From Candidatus Marinacidobacterales bacterium (GTDB lineage: Bacteria; Acidobacteriota; Vicinamibacteria; Marinacidobacterales; DATDRI01): a stretch of DNA of 64,000 nucleotides. Every line of letters starts with the position of its first letter. Positions within the stretch are counted from its first letter, which is position 1. Position numbers and translations under genes: made by a program. This document shows positions 50,125 to 59,908 of the stretch, piece after piece. The notes under the pieces are model-generated. The model did not search any database. It saw nothing but the letters and a program-made list of their open reading frames with translations, and was not told the DNA's origin. Location of the stretch: the NCBI GenBank assembly GCA_965226495.1, contig OZ245365.1, positions 1,920,001 through 1,984,000 of the forward strand, given 5' to 3'.

Positions 50125-50936
50125 TGAGCCCATCCGCCCCCGTCATTTCCTTCCGCAGTGTTTACTACGCCTATCCTGAGGCGGAGGAATACGCTCTCGA
50201 AGACATCACGTTCCAGATCCCTGCGTCTGGCACCGAGATCATCCTCGGTGGAAGCGGATCCGGGAAGTCGACGATCCTCAAGCTGGTTTTGGGCCTGATC
50301 AAGCCTGAATCGGGTTCGATCCAGATCGACGGTGTCGAGATCGCCGATATGAAAGAACTTGATCTGATGGCGATCCGCTCCAAGATCGGAATGGTTTTTC
50401 AAGAAGGAGCCCTGTTCGATTCTCTCACCGTGGCGGAGAACGTCGGGTTTCGGCTGCGCGAGCACGACAAATTGCCGGAGGAAGAGTTCGAGGACAAAGT
50501 CCGTGCGATGCTCGGATTCGTAGAACTGGACGAGTTTTATGATCGGATGCCGTCGGAGCTCTCGGGTGGTCAGCGGCGCCGGGTGGCGGTGGCTCGAGCC
50601 ATGGCGCACCGACCGGAGTTGATTCTCTACGACGAGGCAACAACCGGCCTCGACCCCATCACCGCCCGCACGGTCTGTGACCTCATTGTCAAGTTACGAG
50701 ATCTTGAAGGAGTCACGACGGTGCTGGTTACGCACCAGCTACGGGACGCGTTTCAGGTTGCTCAGAGTTTCGTCTTCATGCAGAACGGCGAGATGGCATA
50801 CAACCATATCGACGACCTAGACTTTCTAGTGGGCACCGAGTTCGTTGTCCTCAATGAGGGGCGGTCTGTTTTTCGAGGACGGCAGAAAGAGCTCTGGGAA
50901 ACGTCGGACGATTACGTAAGGAAATTCCTGTCCTGA
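50124..50936 (+). CDS. mlaF: MlaF-type ABC ATPase
   Basis: GGSGSGKS, FQEGALFDS, LSGGQRRR, YDEATTGLDP. Confidence 0.92.
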   Translation: MSPSAPVISFRSVYYAYPEAEEYALEDITFQIPASGTEIILGGSGSGKSTILKLVLGLIKPESGSIQIDGVEIADMKELDLMAIRSKIGMVFQEGALFDSLTVAENVGFRLREHDKLPEEEFEDKVRAMLGFVELDEFYDRMPSELSGGQRRRVAVARAMAHRPELILYDEATTGLDPITARTVCDLIVKLRDLEGVTTVLVTHQLRDAFQVAQSFVFMQNGEMAYNHIDDLDFLVGTEFVVLNEGRSVFRGRQKELWETSDDYVRKFLS

Positions 50937-50976
50937 TCTCTTTCAGGAATTCTCACCAGGAGCGGAGGAAAGCGTC

Positions 50977-52035
50977 ATGCCAACGAAGAAGACAATTAGC
51001 TACTCCCAGTTGCGAGTGGGCATCGTAGTTCTTATCGCGCTGGGTATATTCCTGTTCACCACGCTCTACATTACGCGCCAGGGGGGACTGCCATTGTTCG
51101 GTGGGCAGTACACTCTTTACAGCTATCTCGGCGATGTGAATGGGCTGAAGGCGGGTGCTCCTGTCCACCTATCCGGTGTGGAAGTGGGTTCGGTGACGCG
51201 AGTCGCGTTTGCGTCGCCGGAAGCACCTAGGCCGGTCCAAGTAACCATCAAGCTGCGAAGTGACATACACGACAGAGTGACTACGAGCTCACAGCTCAGT
51301 GTAGGTAGCCTCGGAGTCCTGGGCGAGAAAATGGTGAACATCGACTCCGGGCCAGCCGGTGGTGACCCGATTCCGGATGGAGGCGTGCTCGAGGGAGAGG
51401 CCGGCGACCCAATCAAGGGAATTATCACCGATGCCTCTCAAACCATGAAAGACGTCCGAGACTTAATGTCCAACATTCAGGAGGGCAAGGGATCGTTGGG
51501 CCAGATCCTGAAGGGTGAAGAGTTTCATCAACGGCTCTCGGATTTCATCGCTCGGGCGCAGGAGGTCTTCGGTCGAATGAACAGCGGAGACGGTACTCTG
51601 GGCAAGCTGCTCAACGACCCGGAGGTGTACAACAACCTGAAGGAGCTCACGTCAGGATTGAATGACGTCGTGACCAAGATTAGGGACGGCGAAGGTGGCC
51701 TCGGCAAACTGGTGAATGATACAGGGACCGCTGATTCTCTGAGCAACATGTTTCGGCAGCTCGACGTCGTCACGGCTCGCTTGGCCGAAGGAGAAGGCTC
51801 AATCGGTGCGCTAATCAAAGAGCGGGAGTTCTATGACAGTCTCAATGCCCTGTCCGGCAACCTAGACAGCATCACCGCGCGCGTGGAAAAGGGGGACGGG
51901 ACGTTGGGGCAGCTCGTCCAGGACCGCGAGCTCTACGACAACATAAACGGTACGGCTGGAGAGCTGCAGGGGTTGCTCAAGGACATCCGTGCGGATCCCA
52001 AGAGATACCTTCGGATCAAGGTGAGCTTGTTCTAG
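50977..52035 (+). CDS. mlaD: MlaD/MCE domain protein
   Basis: N-terminal TM, GLKAGAPV.LSGVEVG.V MCE motif, repeated G.GTLGKL..D helices. Confidence 0.92.
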   Translation: MPTKKTISYSQLRVGIVVLIALGIFLFTTLYITRQGGLPLFGGQYTLYSYLGDVNGLKAGAPVHLSGVEVGSVTRVAFASPEAPRPVQVTIKLRSDIHDRVTTSSQLSVGSLGVLGEKMVNIDSGPAGGDPIPDGGVLEGEAGDPIKGIITDASQTMKDVRDLMSNIQEGKGSLGQILKGEEFHQRLSDFIARAQEVFGRMNSGDGTLGKLLNDPEVYNNLKELTSGLNDVVTKIRDGEGGLGKLVNDTGTADSLSNMFRQLDVVTARLAEGEGSIGALIKEREFYDSLNALSGNLDSITARVEKGDGTLGQLVQDRELYDNINGTAGELQGLLKDIRADPKRYLRIKVSLF

Positions 52036-52052
52036 GGCCGTCTGGCCAACGA

Positions 52053-52784
52053 CTAGTTGGTGCGGTCCGGACTGGGGGCAGGTTGACGCTCTTGCTCGTC
52101 GTGGCGGCGAAGCGCCTCCATCATGAACTCAGTTGTCGAACGTACCGACTGGATGTTGGAGCGTATGTTCGAGTGCACGAAGTTGAAACGGCCCCGGCGC
52201 AGCGGGATGAGCCGATAGACGGCCTCCTCGCCTTGGTGCGGGCCCGTGAATCCGCCACAAATGTATCCATCCAGCAGGTGAATCTCACCGGTGGCTTCCT
52301 CGGTGTCGATGCGTAGTACGCCGGTAGCCTGGTTCGCTTCCAGCAGTTGAAGGATATCGGTGGTCTTGAAGTGAGAGAGATCTCCGGACAGCTCTCCTTG
52401 CTCGTTTCGTTGGTGAGCCTCGATTTGAGTTCGACAACGCCGGACGAGCTCCTTCATGCTGAACGGTTTGAGCAGGTAGTCGTCGGCGCCGGCGTCTAGA
52501 CACGCGAGCCGGTGTTCGGGCGTGGAGTCCCCGGATACCAGTATCAGCGGGAGGTTGTCGAATCCGTGCCCGGCCCGAAGTGCCTTGCTGAAGGCGAGCC
52601 CGTCCATTTCGGGGAGATCGTTCTCACAAAGTACGAGGTCGGGCGTCTCCCGGCGAACCGCTGGGAGCGCCTCCCGGGCGTCTCGAAAGGCAGCGACGTC
52701 GAAGTCAGACTTCGCGAGGTACTGCTGGAGGACGCCGCTCAGGTCGGGATTCGGCTCAATGATAAGGATACGGTAGCGCGCCAT
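52053..52784 (-). CDS. Response regulator with a DUF4388-like C-terminal domain
   Basis: REC fold (LPEMDGL, GADDYLLKPF) plus GDL....DILQLL....TGVL. Confidence 0.85.
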   Translation of the reverse strand: MARYRILIIEPNPDLSGVLQQYLAKSDFDVAAFRDAREALPAVRRETPDLVLCENDLPEMDGLAFSKALRAGHGFDNLPLILVSGDSTPEHRLACLDAGADDYLLKPFSMKELVRRCRTQIEAHQRNEQGELSGDLSHFKTTDILQLLEANQATGVLRIDTEEATGEIHLLDGYICGGFTGPHQGEEAVYRLIPLRRGRFNFVHSNIRSNIQSVRSTTEFMMEALRRHDEQERQPAPSPDRTN

Positions 52785-52981
52785 AGACGCATCGTCGGGT
52801 TGCACTGACCATTGTAAGGAGCGGGCCGAAGTCCTGTCAAATGTGATAGAAAGGAGTTTGATGGCCTCGATCGGCAATGATAAACTGATTAAATTGCTAC
52901 CTCTGCTAGCACTTTGCTGCGGTCGCCTGAGCGTCAACAGCCGTCAGGAGAGCGGAGAAGGCGATCGTAGTAAGTGAGCCC

Positions 52982-53743
52982 ATGATCGAAAGTTTTGGAG
53001 TCACCGATATCGGTAGGCGCCGCCAACTGAACGAAGATGCCATGCTCATCGACGACAAAGCGGGCCTCTACGTTGTCGCCGACGGCATGGGTGGACACAA
53101 TGCCGGCGAGGTCGCCTCTCAATTGGCGGTCGAGACAGTCTCCAATTTCGTCGGGCGCTCCGGCCATGACGAAGAGATCACGTGGCCGTATGGAGTGGAC
53201 CCCGCGATTTCCATCAACGCGAACCGTCTCCGAACCGCCATCATGCTCGCGAACAAGCGAGTATGGAAAGAGGCTGACAATCGTGAAGACTATACCGGTA
53301 TGGGGACTACCATCGTCGGGGGGCTCGCCGAAGACGCGAGTTTGATCCTGTGTGGAGCAGGTGATAGTCGGGCTTACCGATTCCGCGGGGTTGCCCTCGA
53401 CCAGATTACGGTCGATGACTCGTGGGTGCAGGTAGCTTTGAGCGAAGGACTCCTCCAGGCAGAGGAGGCCGAAAACCATCCGATGAAGAACATAATCACC
53501 AAAGCGGTAGGGGCAAAGCAGAACATCGACTTGACCGTACACGAGGAGGTTCTGGAGGACGGAGACCTCTACCTTCTTTGCACCGACGGGCTTCATGGAA
53601 TGCTGAATCACGCGGGAATCGTCGAGATTCTGACTGCCAAGAAGGCCAACCTAGAAGAAGCAGTCCAGGGGCTCGTAGCCGCCGCCAACGAGAACGGCGG
53701 AAAAGACAACATCACCGCAGTCGTGGTTCGCTACAGCAAGTAA
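52982..53743 (+). CDS. PP2C-type Ser/Thr phosphatase (Stp1/PrpC-like)
   Basis: TDIGRRR..NED, VADGMGGH, GDSRAY, LCTDGL, GGKDNIT. Confidence 0.94.
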   Translation: MIESFGVTDIGRRRQLNEDAMLIDDKAGLYVVADGMGGHNAGEVASQLAVETVSNFVGRSGHDEEITWPYGVDPAISINANRLRTAIMLANKRVWKEADNREDYTGMGTTIVGGLAEDASLILCGAGDSRAYRFRGVALDQITVDDSWVQVALSEGLLQAEEAENHPMKNIITKAVGAKQNIDLTVHEEVLEDGDLYLLCTDGLHGMLNHAGIVEILTAKKANLEEAVQGLVAAANENGGKDNITAVVVRYSK

Positions 53744-53904
53744 GTGTCTGACTCCGACGCGCAAACGCTTCGCGCCTTCGTGGCTCTTCGTAATTGCGCC
53801 CTCACTCCTCGTTCGGGCGCTGGCCGCTACGCCGCCTTCGCGGCTGCGCGGCGGCTGAGGGCTCACCCGGCCGGCGGGCCTTCGGCCCTCTGCTGGATCT
53901 AGCG

Positions 53905-54972
53905 GTGTCGTCCTATACTCAAACTAAGCGGCCGTCTTTGCTGAGCGAGGTCTTGGGGCCTTTCTGGCGACGCTTCGCTTGGGCGAGCGGCTACTTCGTT
54001 GCCATTCTCCTGATGGGTACGGTGGCGTACCGATTCATCGAGCAGTGGGACTGGTTCAATTCGTTCTACATGGCAGTCACCACGGTGAGCTCCGTGGGAT
54101 TCATGGAAGTCGAGCCCCTCTCTCCGGGTGGGCGAGTCTTTACGATGTTGCTGATTGTCTTTGCCGTCACTGGACTCGGGATCTGGTGGGGTCTCACAAC
54201 TGCGCTCATCGTCGAGCTCGATCTGGGTGGGGTGCTGCGGAGGCGTCGAATCATGAGGAAAGTCTCAGAGCTGACGAACCATTTCATCGTTTGCGGTGGG
54301 GGACGAATGGGGAGGGTCGTTGTGGAGGAGCTGTACACAACGGGTAAGCCCTTCGTCGTCATTGAGCGGGATGCTGCAAGGGCGGCGGCGATTCTGGAGC
54401 AGTTTCCGGGCATCCTTCTTATTGCCGACGACGCGACCAAGGAGCACACCTTGACCGAGGCCGGTATCGAGCGGGCCAGTGGCTTGGCGGCTTGTCTCAC
54501 CGATGACGCAGAGAACTTGTTGTTGTGCCTTACGGCCCGCGGTATGCGTTCCGACATGACCATTGTGGCGAGAGCCGCCTACCAAGAATCCTTGGACAAG
54601 CTCCGGAGAGCAGGAGCCGACCATGTGATGTCACCGATTGTGACGGGCGGTATACGCATCGCTTCCATGCTTCTGCGGCCTTCCGTGGTGAGCTACCTCG
54701 ATGTGGCGACGACCGGCGCCGATGAGATGGCCCTTCGTTTGGAGGAAACGGATATACCGCAGAGCTCTCCTTTGGTTGGACGCTCGCTGTCGGAAGCAAA
54801 GATTCCACAGTGAACGGGGCTCATCGTGATGTCGGTGCGTCACCGCACTGGGGGTGCCACCGCGACCCATAACCCCGGTCCGGAAACGTGCCTCGAGGCC
54901 GGGGACGTTTTGATCGTGCTGGGCCGTCAGGAACAGATCCAGCGGCTGCGGGAGTATGTACAGAAGGGCTAG
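53905..54972 (+). pseudogene. Potassium channel (2TM + TrkA-N/TrkA-C) with an internal TGA at 54811-54813
   Basis: TTVSSVGF pore, CGGGRMG Rossmann motif; frame continues after the stop as TGLIVMSVR..NPGPET.LEAGDVLIVLG to TAG 54972. Confidence 0.88.
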
Positions 54973-55033
54973 AGGCATGCTAGCGTTTTCTCAGGCCCGG
55001 TGGTAACCTTTTGCGAAAGCAAGGAGAACGAAC

Positions 55034-55903
55034 ATGGCTCGGATCGTACGGGGCGGACTCATTCAAGCGTCTACACCTGGATCAGGGGCGGATCCAATCG
55101 AAAAGATCAAGAAGGCGATGGTGGAAAAACACCTTGGCCTCATCGATGAAGCGGCCGGCAAGGGAGTCCAAGTACTGTGTCTTCAAGAGCTCTTCTACGG
55201 GCCGTACTTTTGCGCGGAACAGAATTCGCGATGGTACGAGCTGGTGGAGCCCGTGCCCGGCGGTCCGGCTACCAAACTAATGCAGGAGCAGGCGAAAAAG
55301 CACGGCATGGTCATGGTGGTTCCCGTCTACGAGGAGCATATGCCCGGTGTCTACTACAACACCGCCGCGGTCATCGACGCCGATGGCAAGTACCTCGGAA
55401 AATACAGGAAGCACCACATCCCGCACTGCGAACCCGGTTTCTGGGAGAAGTTCTACTTCAAGCCGGGCAACTTGGGCTATCCGGTTTTCGAAACGGCATT
55501 TGCCAAGGTCGGCGTTTACATTTGCTACGATCGCCATTTCCCTGAGGGGGCTCGCATCCTGGGCCTAAACGGGGCGGAGATCGTTTTCAATCCTTCCGCT
55601 ACAGTGGCCGGGCTATCGGAGCATTTGTGGCGACTCGAACAACCTGCCCATGCTGCCGCCAATCAGTATTGGATCGGCGCGATCAACCGCGTGGGTCACG
55701 AGCAACCATGGGACATTGGCGAATTCTACGGCTCTAGCTACTTCTGCGACCCGCGAGGGCAAATCGTCACCGAAGGAAGCCGCGACAAGGACGAGGTGGT
55801 AGTCGCCGATCTCGACTTGGACAGGATCGCGGAAGTTCGGCACACCTGGCAGTTCTTCCGGGATCGTCGTCCTGAAACTTACAACGAGATGACGCAGGTG
55901 TAA
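55034..55903 (+). CDS. Beta-ureidopropionase-like nitrilase-family amidase
   Basis: LQELF, YRKHHIP, FWEKFYF.PGNLG, ICYDRHFPE, WQFFRDRRP. Confidence 0.9.
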   Translation: MARIVRGGLIQASTPGSGADPIEKIKKAMVEKHLGLIDEAAGKGVQVLCLQELFYGPYFCAEQNSRWYELVEPVPGGPATKLMQEQAKKHGMVMVVPVYEEHMPGVYYNTAAVIDADGKYLGKYRKHHIPHCEPGFWEKFYFKPGNLGYPVFETAFAKVGVYICYDRHFPEGARILGLNGAEIVFNPSATVAGLSEHLWRLEQPAHAAANQYWIGAINRVGHEQPWDIGEFYGSSYFCDPRGQIVTEGSRDKDEVVVADLDLDRIAEVRHTWQFFRDRRPETYNEMTQV

Positions 55904-55904
55904 C

Positions 55905-57224
55905 ATGAGTACTCCTACGAAGCGGGTTCCCGCCGGCCGCATGACCGGCGAAGAGATCGTCTCCAAGCACCGGCAATACATTTTTCCTTCCGTCGCCAAC
56001 TACTACTCGAACCCTTTGCCCTTCGTCAGAGGCGAGGGAAAGCACTTGTACGATGCCGACGGGCGAGAGTATCTAGATTTCTTTGGCGGAATCCTGACCG
56101 TGAGCCTCGGGCATTGCCACCCGGAGGTCAACGCCCAGGTCAAGGAACAAGTGGATACTTTGCAACACGCTTCCACCCTCTACCCCACTGAGCCCATGGT
56201 GGCGGTGGCGGAAAAGCTGGCCCAAATAACTCCCGGGGATCTGCAACAAAGCGTCTTCACCAACTCGGGGACGGAGGCCAACGAGACCGCCCTCTTGCTG
56301 GCTCAGCTCTATACAGGTTCGGGTGAGGTCGTGGCCTTGCGGCATAGCTATAGCGGGCGCTCCTCCCTCGCTATGTCGGTGACGGGGCAGTCGAGTTGGC
56401 GGCTGGGGGGGACCCACGTTGCCGGGATCAAGCACGTGGCCAATGCTTACTGCTATCGCTGCCCGTTCGGGTTGACCTACCCCAGCTGCGAGCTGCGCTG
56501 TGCGACGGACGTGGAAGAAGCGATCCAGACAACGACGTCGGGCAAGGTGGCCGCGTTCATCGCCGAACCCATCCAAGGTGTTGGAGGTTTCATCACACCG
56601 CCGCCCGAGTATTTCAAGATCGTCGTCGATATCGTTCGCAAGTACGGCGGGGTGTTCATTTGCGACGAGGTGCAGACTGGCTGGGGCCGGACCGGCGATC
56701 ACTGGTTCGGCATCGAGCATTGGGGAGTCGAGCCAGAGATCATGACGTTCGCCAAGGGTATGGCGAACGGTGCACCCATCGGCGCTACGATCACCACGCC
56801 GGAGATCGCGGATAGTATCAAGGGAAGCACTATCTCCACTTTTGGTGGCAACCCCGTCAGCATGAGCGCGGCGCGCGCCGTCATCGACATCATCGAGAGA
56901 GACAATCTCAAGGAAAACGCGCGCGTGGTCGGCGATCACCTCCGTCAGGGTTTGGAGGCCCTCGCCGGTAAGTACCCCGTGATCGGCGATGTTCGCGGCA
57001 AGGGTTTGATGCAGGCTCTAGAACTGGTCGGTGAAGGGAAGGCTCCTGCCCCTCGAGCTACGGCCGCCCTTCTCGAGAACACGCGGGTGGAGGGTCTGAT
57101 CATCGGGAAGGGTGGACTCTACGGGAACGTGATTCGCATCAGCCCTGCCCTCAACGTGACCAAAGGGGATGTGGACGAGGCGCTGCGAATGTTAGACGCA
57201 GCGCTCGCAAACGTGCGTCCCTAG
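55905..57224 (+). CDS. Class III aminotransferase (beta-alanine/AGXT2-like)
   Basis: YLDFFGGI, EPIQGVGG, DEVQTGWGRTG, FAKG, STFGGNP. Confidence 0.92.
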   Translation: MSTPTKRVPAGRMTGEEIVSKHRQYIFPSVANYYSNPLPFVRGEGKHLYDADGREYLDFFGGILTVSLGHCHPEVNAQVKEQVDTLQHASTLYPTEPMVAVAEKLAQITPGDLQQSVFTNSGTEANETALLLAQLYTGSGEVVALRHSYSGRSSLAMSVTGQSSWRLGGTHVAGIKHVANAYCYRCPFGLTYPSCELRCATDVEEAIQTTTSGKVAAFIAEPIQGVGGFITPPPEYFKIVVDIVRKYGGVFICDEVQTGWGRTGDHWFGIEHWGVEPEIMTFAKGMANGAPIGATITTPEIADSIKGSTISTFGGNPVSMSAARAVIDIIERDNLKENARVVGDHLRQGLEALAGKYPVIGDVRGKGLMQALELVGEGKAPAPRATAALLENTRVEGLIIGKGGLYGNVIRISPALNVTKGDVDEALRMLDAALANVRP

Positions 57225-57233
57225 GGATCGCTA

Positions 57234-58238
57234 TCACTGGAAGCTAGGAACAACGTCGTTCGCATAATGTTCCAGCTGGCGCTCTTCATCTCCGCTCATT
57301 AGATAGAGGTTGAACTGATCGACGCCCGCCTCTATCAGTTCCTCGAGTTTTTGCCGATGCGCCTCGGCAGAACCCACGATGGTGAAGCGGTCGACGATCT
57401 CGTCGGTGATGAAGCCTAAGTGGTCGGCGTCCTTATCGGCGTGCTCTTGATAGTCGTATCCCTTCCGTCCTTCGATGTAGTCCGTGAGCTCTTTCGGCAG
57501 CTCGCCCTCATGGTACCGTTCGACGAGATCTGCGACGTGGTTTCCGACCATGGCCGGGAACCACCGAACTTGGGCTCGGGCTTTCGCGAGGTCGTCTTCG
57601 ATCCACACCGGCGCCGCTGCTAGGACTTTGACGTCCTTGGTCTTTCTCCCGCTCCTCTGAGCGCTCTCTCGAGCGACGCCGGTGAACCAGCGAATGAGAA
57701 ACGGGTCCGCGATCTGGAGGATTAAGCCCTCCGCGACTTCTCCGGTCATGGCGAGCACCTTTGGCCCGTAACCAGCCACCCAAACCGGAAGATTCCCGGA
57801 AGCCCACTTGAGCTGGACCGGCTGACCGTTGTGCACGACCTCTTGGCCGGATGAGAGGTCGCGGATCACTTGAACCGCTGTCCTCAGGCCGGCTACCGTC
57901 GTGGGGCGTTGTCCCAGAACTCGCCGCGAGCTATCGCCGCGACCGATGCCCATATCCATTCGGCCCCCGGAGATGATGTTCAGGGTGGCAAACAGGCTCG
58001 CGGTCACGGTGAGGTCTCGGACCGCCGGATTGGTCACCATCGTTCCGAGTCGGACCTTGCGGGTGTTGGCGGCCAGCAGAGCCAACATCGGGTAAGGCTC
58101 TTTCCAGAGGACGTGCGAATCGAAAGTCCACACGTACTTGAAACCGGCATCCTCGGCCATCTTGGTCAGAGCGACCGTCCGCTCCGGCGACATGTCGCCC
58201 TTGAAGGTGATTCCAAAGTCCAGCCGTCGCTTGGTCAT
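57234..58238 (-). CDS. LLM-class, putatively F420-dependent oxidoreductase (TIGR03842-like)
   Basis: WTFDSHVLWKEP, GIGRGDSSRR, VRWFPAMVGNHVADLV, GYDY..H motifs. Confidence 0.85.
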   Translation of the reverse strand: MTKRRLDFGITFKGDMSPERTVALTKMAEDAGFKYVWTFDSHVLWKEPYPMLALLAANTRKVRLGTMVTNPAVRDLTVTASLFATLNIISGGRMDMGIGRGDSSRRVLGQRPTTVAGLRTAVQVIRDLSSGQEVVHNGQPVQLKWASGNLPVWVAGYGPKVLAMTGEVAEGLILQIADPFLIRWFTGVARESAQRSGRKTKDVKVLAAAPVWIEDDLAKARAQVRWFPAMVGNHVADLVERYHEGELPKELTDYIEGRKGYDYQEHADKDADHLGFITDEIVDRFTIVGSAEAHRQKLEELIEAGVDQFNLYLMSGDEERQLEHYANDVVPSFQ

Positions 58239-58426
58239 ACCGACCTCTTTTGAAAGCGCTTGTCCACTGTGCCGCTCTCGCGAGAAGCCCGTGCGGGAGA
58301 AGCCCGTGCGGGCCGTGATGAGGCTTCAGTCTTTCTCAACTCGGCTGGTAGGTCAACAGCGTCTTGTTGACAACCTGCGAAACCATTCCTTATCATCCGC
58401 TCCATATCTCGTTCCCGAAACTGAAA

Positions 58427-59908
58427 ATGCAAGAGTCTCTCCTAAAGATGTCTCGAAGCCGAGGAGGGCTCTACGAGCTCAACGTCGACTCCTTGGAGCC
58501 ACGGCTCTACAACAGAGATCTGGCGCCCACCAAGGTCGCCGAGCGAGGGTGGGGTACGTACGACGTAGCCGCCTTGTGGGTCGGCCTTTCAGTGAACATA
58601 CCGACTTACATGCTTGCCGCTGCGCTTATCGAAGGGGGCATGAATTGGTGGCAGGCGATCCTTACCATCACTTTAGGCAATCTCATCGTCTTGGTACCCA
58701 TGATCTTGAACGCGCACGCCGGGACCAAGTTTGGGATTCCTTTCCCGGTTCTGGCGCGGGTCTCGTTCGGAGTTCTCGGGTCGAATATACCGGCTCTCCT
58801 TCGTTCCTTCGTAGCCTGCGGTTGGTTTGGGATTCAAACCTGGATCGGGGGTTCCGCCATCAATGCGACGATGAACATTGTGTGGCCCGCTTGGTCGAGC
58901 TTCGCATTCGGCCCGGCGGTCTGTTTCATGGTTTTCTGGCTCATCAATATTTGTGTGATCGTCCGTGGACCGGAGAGCATTCGGAAGTTGGAGGGTTGGG
59001 CCGCCCCCTTTTTGATCGTCGCCGGACTGGCGCTCCTGTTTTGGGCGATGTCGCGGGCCGGCGGGCTGGGTCCGATGCTGGCTCGCCCCAGCAGCTTTCA
59101 GTCGTCCGCCGAGTTCTTTCGATTCTTCATTCCCTCGCTCACCGCGATGGTGGGCTTCTGGGCGACGCTAGCTCTCAACATCCCGGACTTGACGCGATTC
59201 GCCCGGGGGCAGAAGGAGCAAATGCTGGGACAGGCATTGGGGCTTCCGCCTACCATGGCTCTCTTTGCGTTCATCGGAGTCGCCGTCACCTCGGCCACCG
59301 TCCTCATTTTCGGCGAAGCGATATGGGATCCGGTGGAACTAATTTCACGGTTGGGGAACCCGTTCGTGGTTGCGGTGGCGATGGTCGCGCTGGCGGTGGC
59401 TACGCTTTCCACGAACGTGGCAGCGAACGTCGTCGCGCCGGCGAACGGATTCGCCAATTTATGGCCGGAAAAAATGACTTTCGCTCGCGGGGGGATTCTG
59501 ACTGGCGTCATAGGCATCGTGATGATGCCCTGGAAGCTTCTGGCCGACTATGGCACTTACATCTTCGGCTGGCTGGTGGGCTATTCCGGTTTCCTCGGCC
59601 CCATCGCAGGCATCTTCATCGTGGACTATTTCTTGATCCGAAAGCAGAACCTCTCCCTCTACGATCTCTATCGCCGCGGTGGGCTGTACGAGTATGAACA
59701 CGGTTTCAATTGGAGGGCGGTGGGTGCGCTGGTCGCAGGGATCCTGGCGGCGCTGGTGGGACTGGTTTTTCCAGTTCTGCGAGTGCTCTACGACTATTCG
59801 TGGTTCGTTGGCTTCGGCGTGGCCGCGGTCGTCTATTACCTGTCCATGCCAGCCGTGCCGCAGCTCGATCTCTCTGTGGTGCCCCTGAGAACCGAGGACG
59901 AAAGGTGA
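58427..59908 (+). CDS. NCS1 nucleobase:cation symporter
   Basis: LYNRDLAP, ACGWFGIQTWIGG, WATLALNIPD.TR, PWKL; start could be 58448. Confidence 0.93.
   Translation: MQESLLKMSRSRGGLYELNVDSLEPRLYNRDLAPTKVAERGWGTYDVAALWVGLSVNIPTYMLAAALIEGGMNWWQAILTITLGNLIVLVPMILNAHAGTKFGIPFPVLARVSFGVLGSNIPALLRSFVACGWFGIQTWIGGSAINATMNIVWPAWSSFAFGPAVCFMVFWLINICVIVRGPESIRKLEGWAAPFLIVAGLALLFWAMSRAGGLGPMLARPSSFQSSAEFFRFFIPSLTAMVGFWATLALNIPDLTRFARGQKEQMLGQALGLPPTMALFAFIGVAVTSATVLIFGEAIWDPVELISRLGNPFVVAVAMVALAVATLSTNVAANVVAPANGFANLWPEKMTFARGGILTGVIGIVMMPWKLLADYGTYIFGWLVGYSGFLGPIAGIFIVDYFLIRKQNLSLYDLYRRGGLYEYEHGFNWRAVGALVAGILAALVGLVFPVLRVLYDYSWFVGFGVAAVVYYLSMPAVPQLDLSVVPLRTEDER

Noticed and set aside
51480-51960. Repeated G.GTLGKL..D units in MlaD
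   Set aside because: Normal helical repeats of long MCE proteins.
54811-54813. Selenocysteine codon
   Set aside because: The position is not a redox Cys site in TrkA-C domains and no convincing SECIS hairpin follows.
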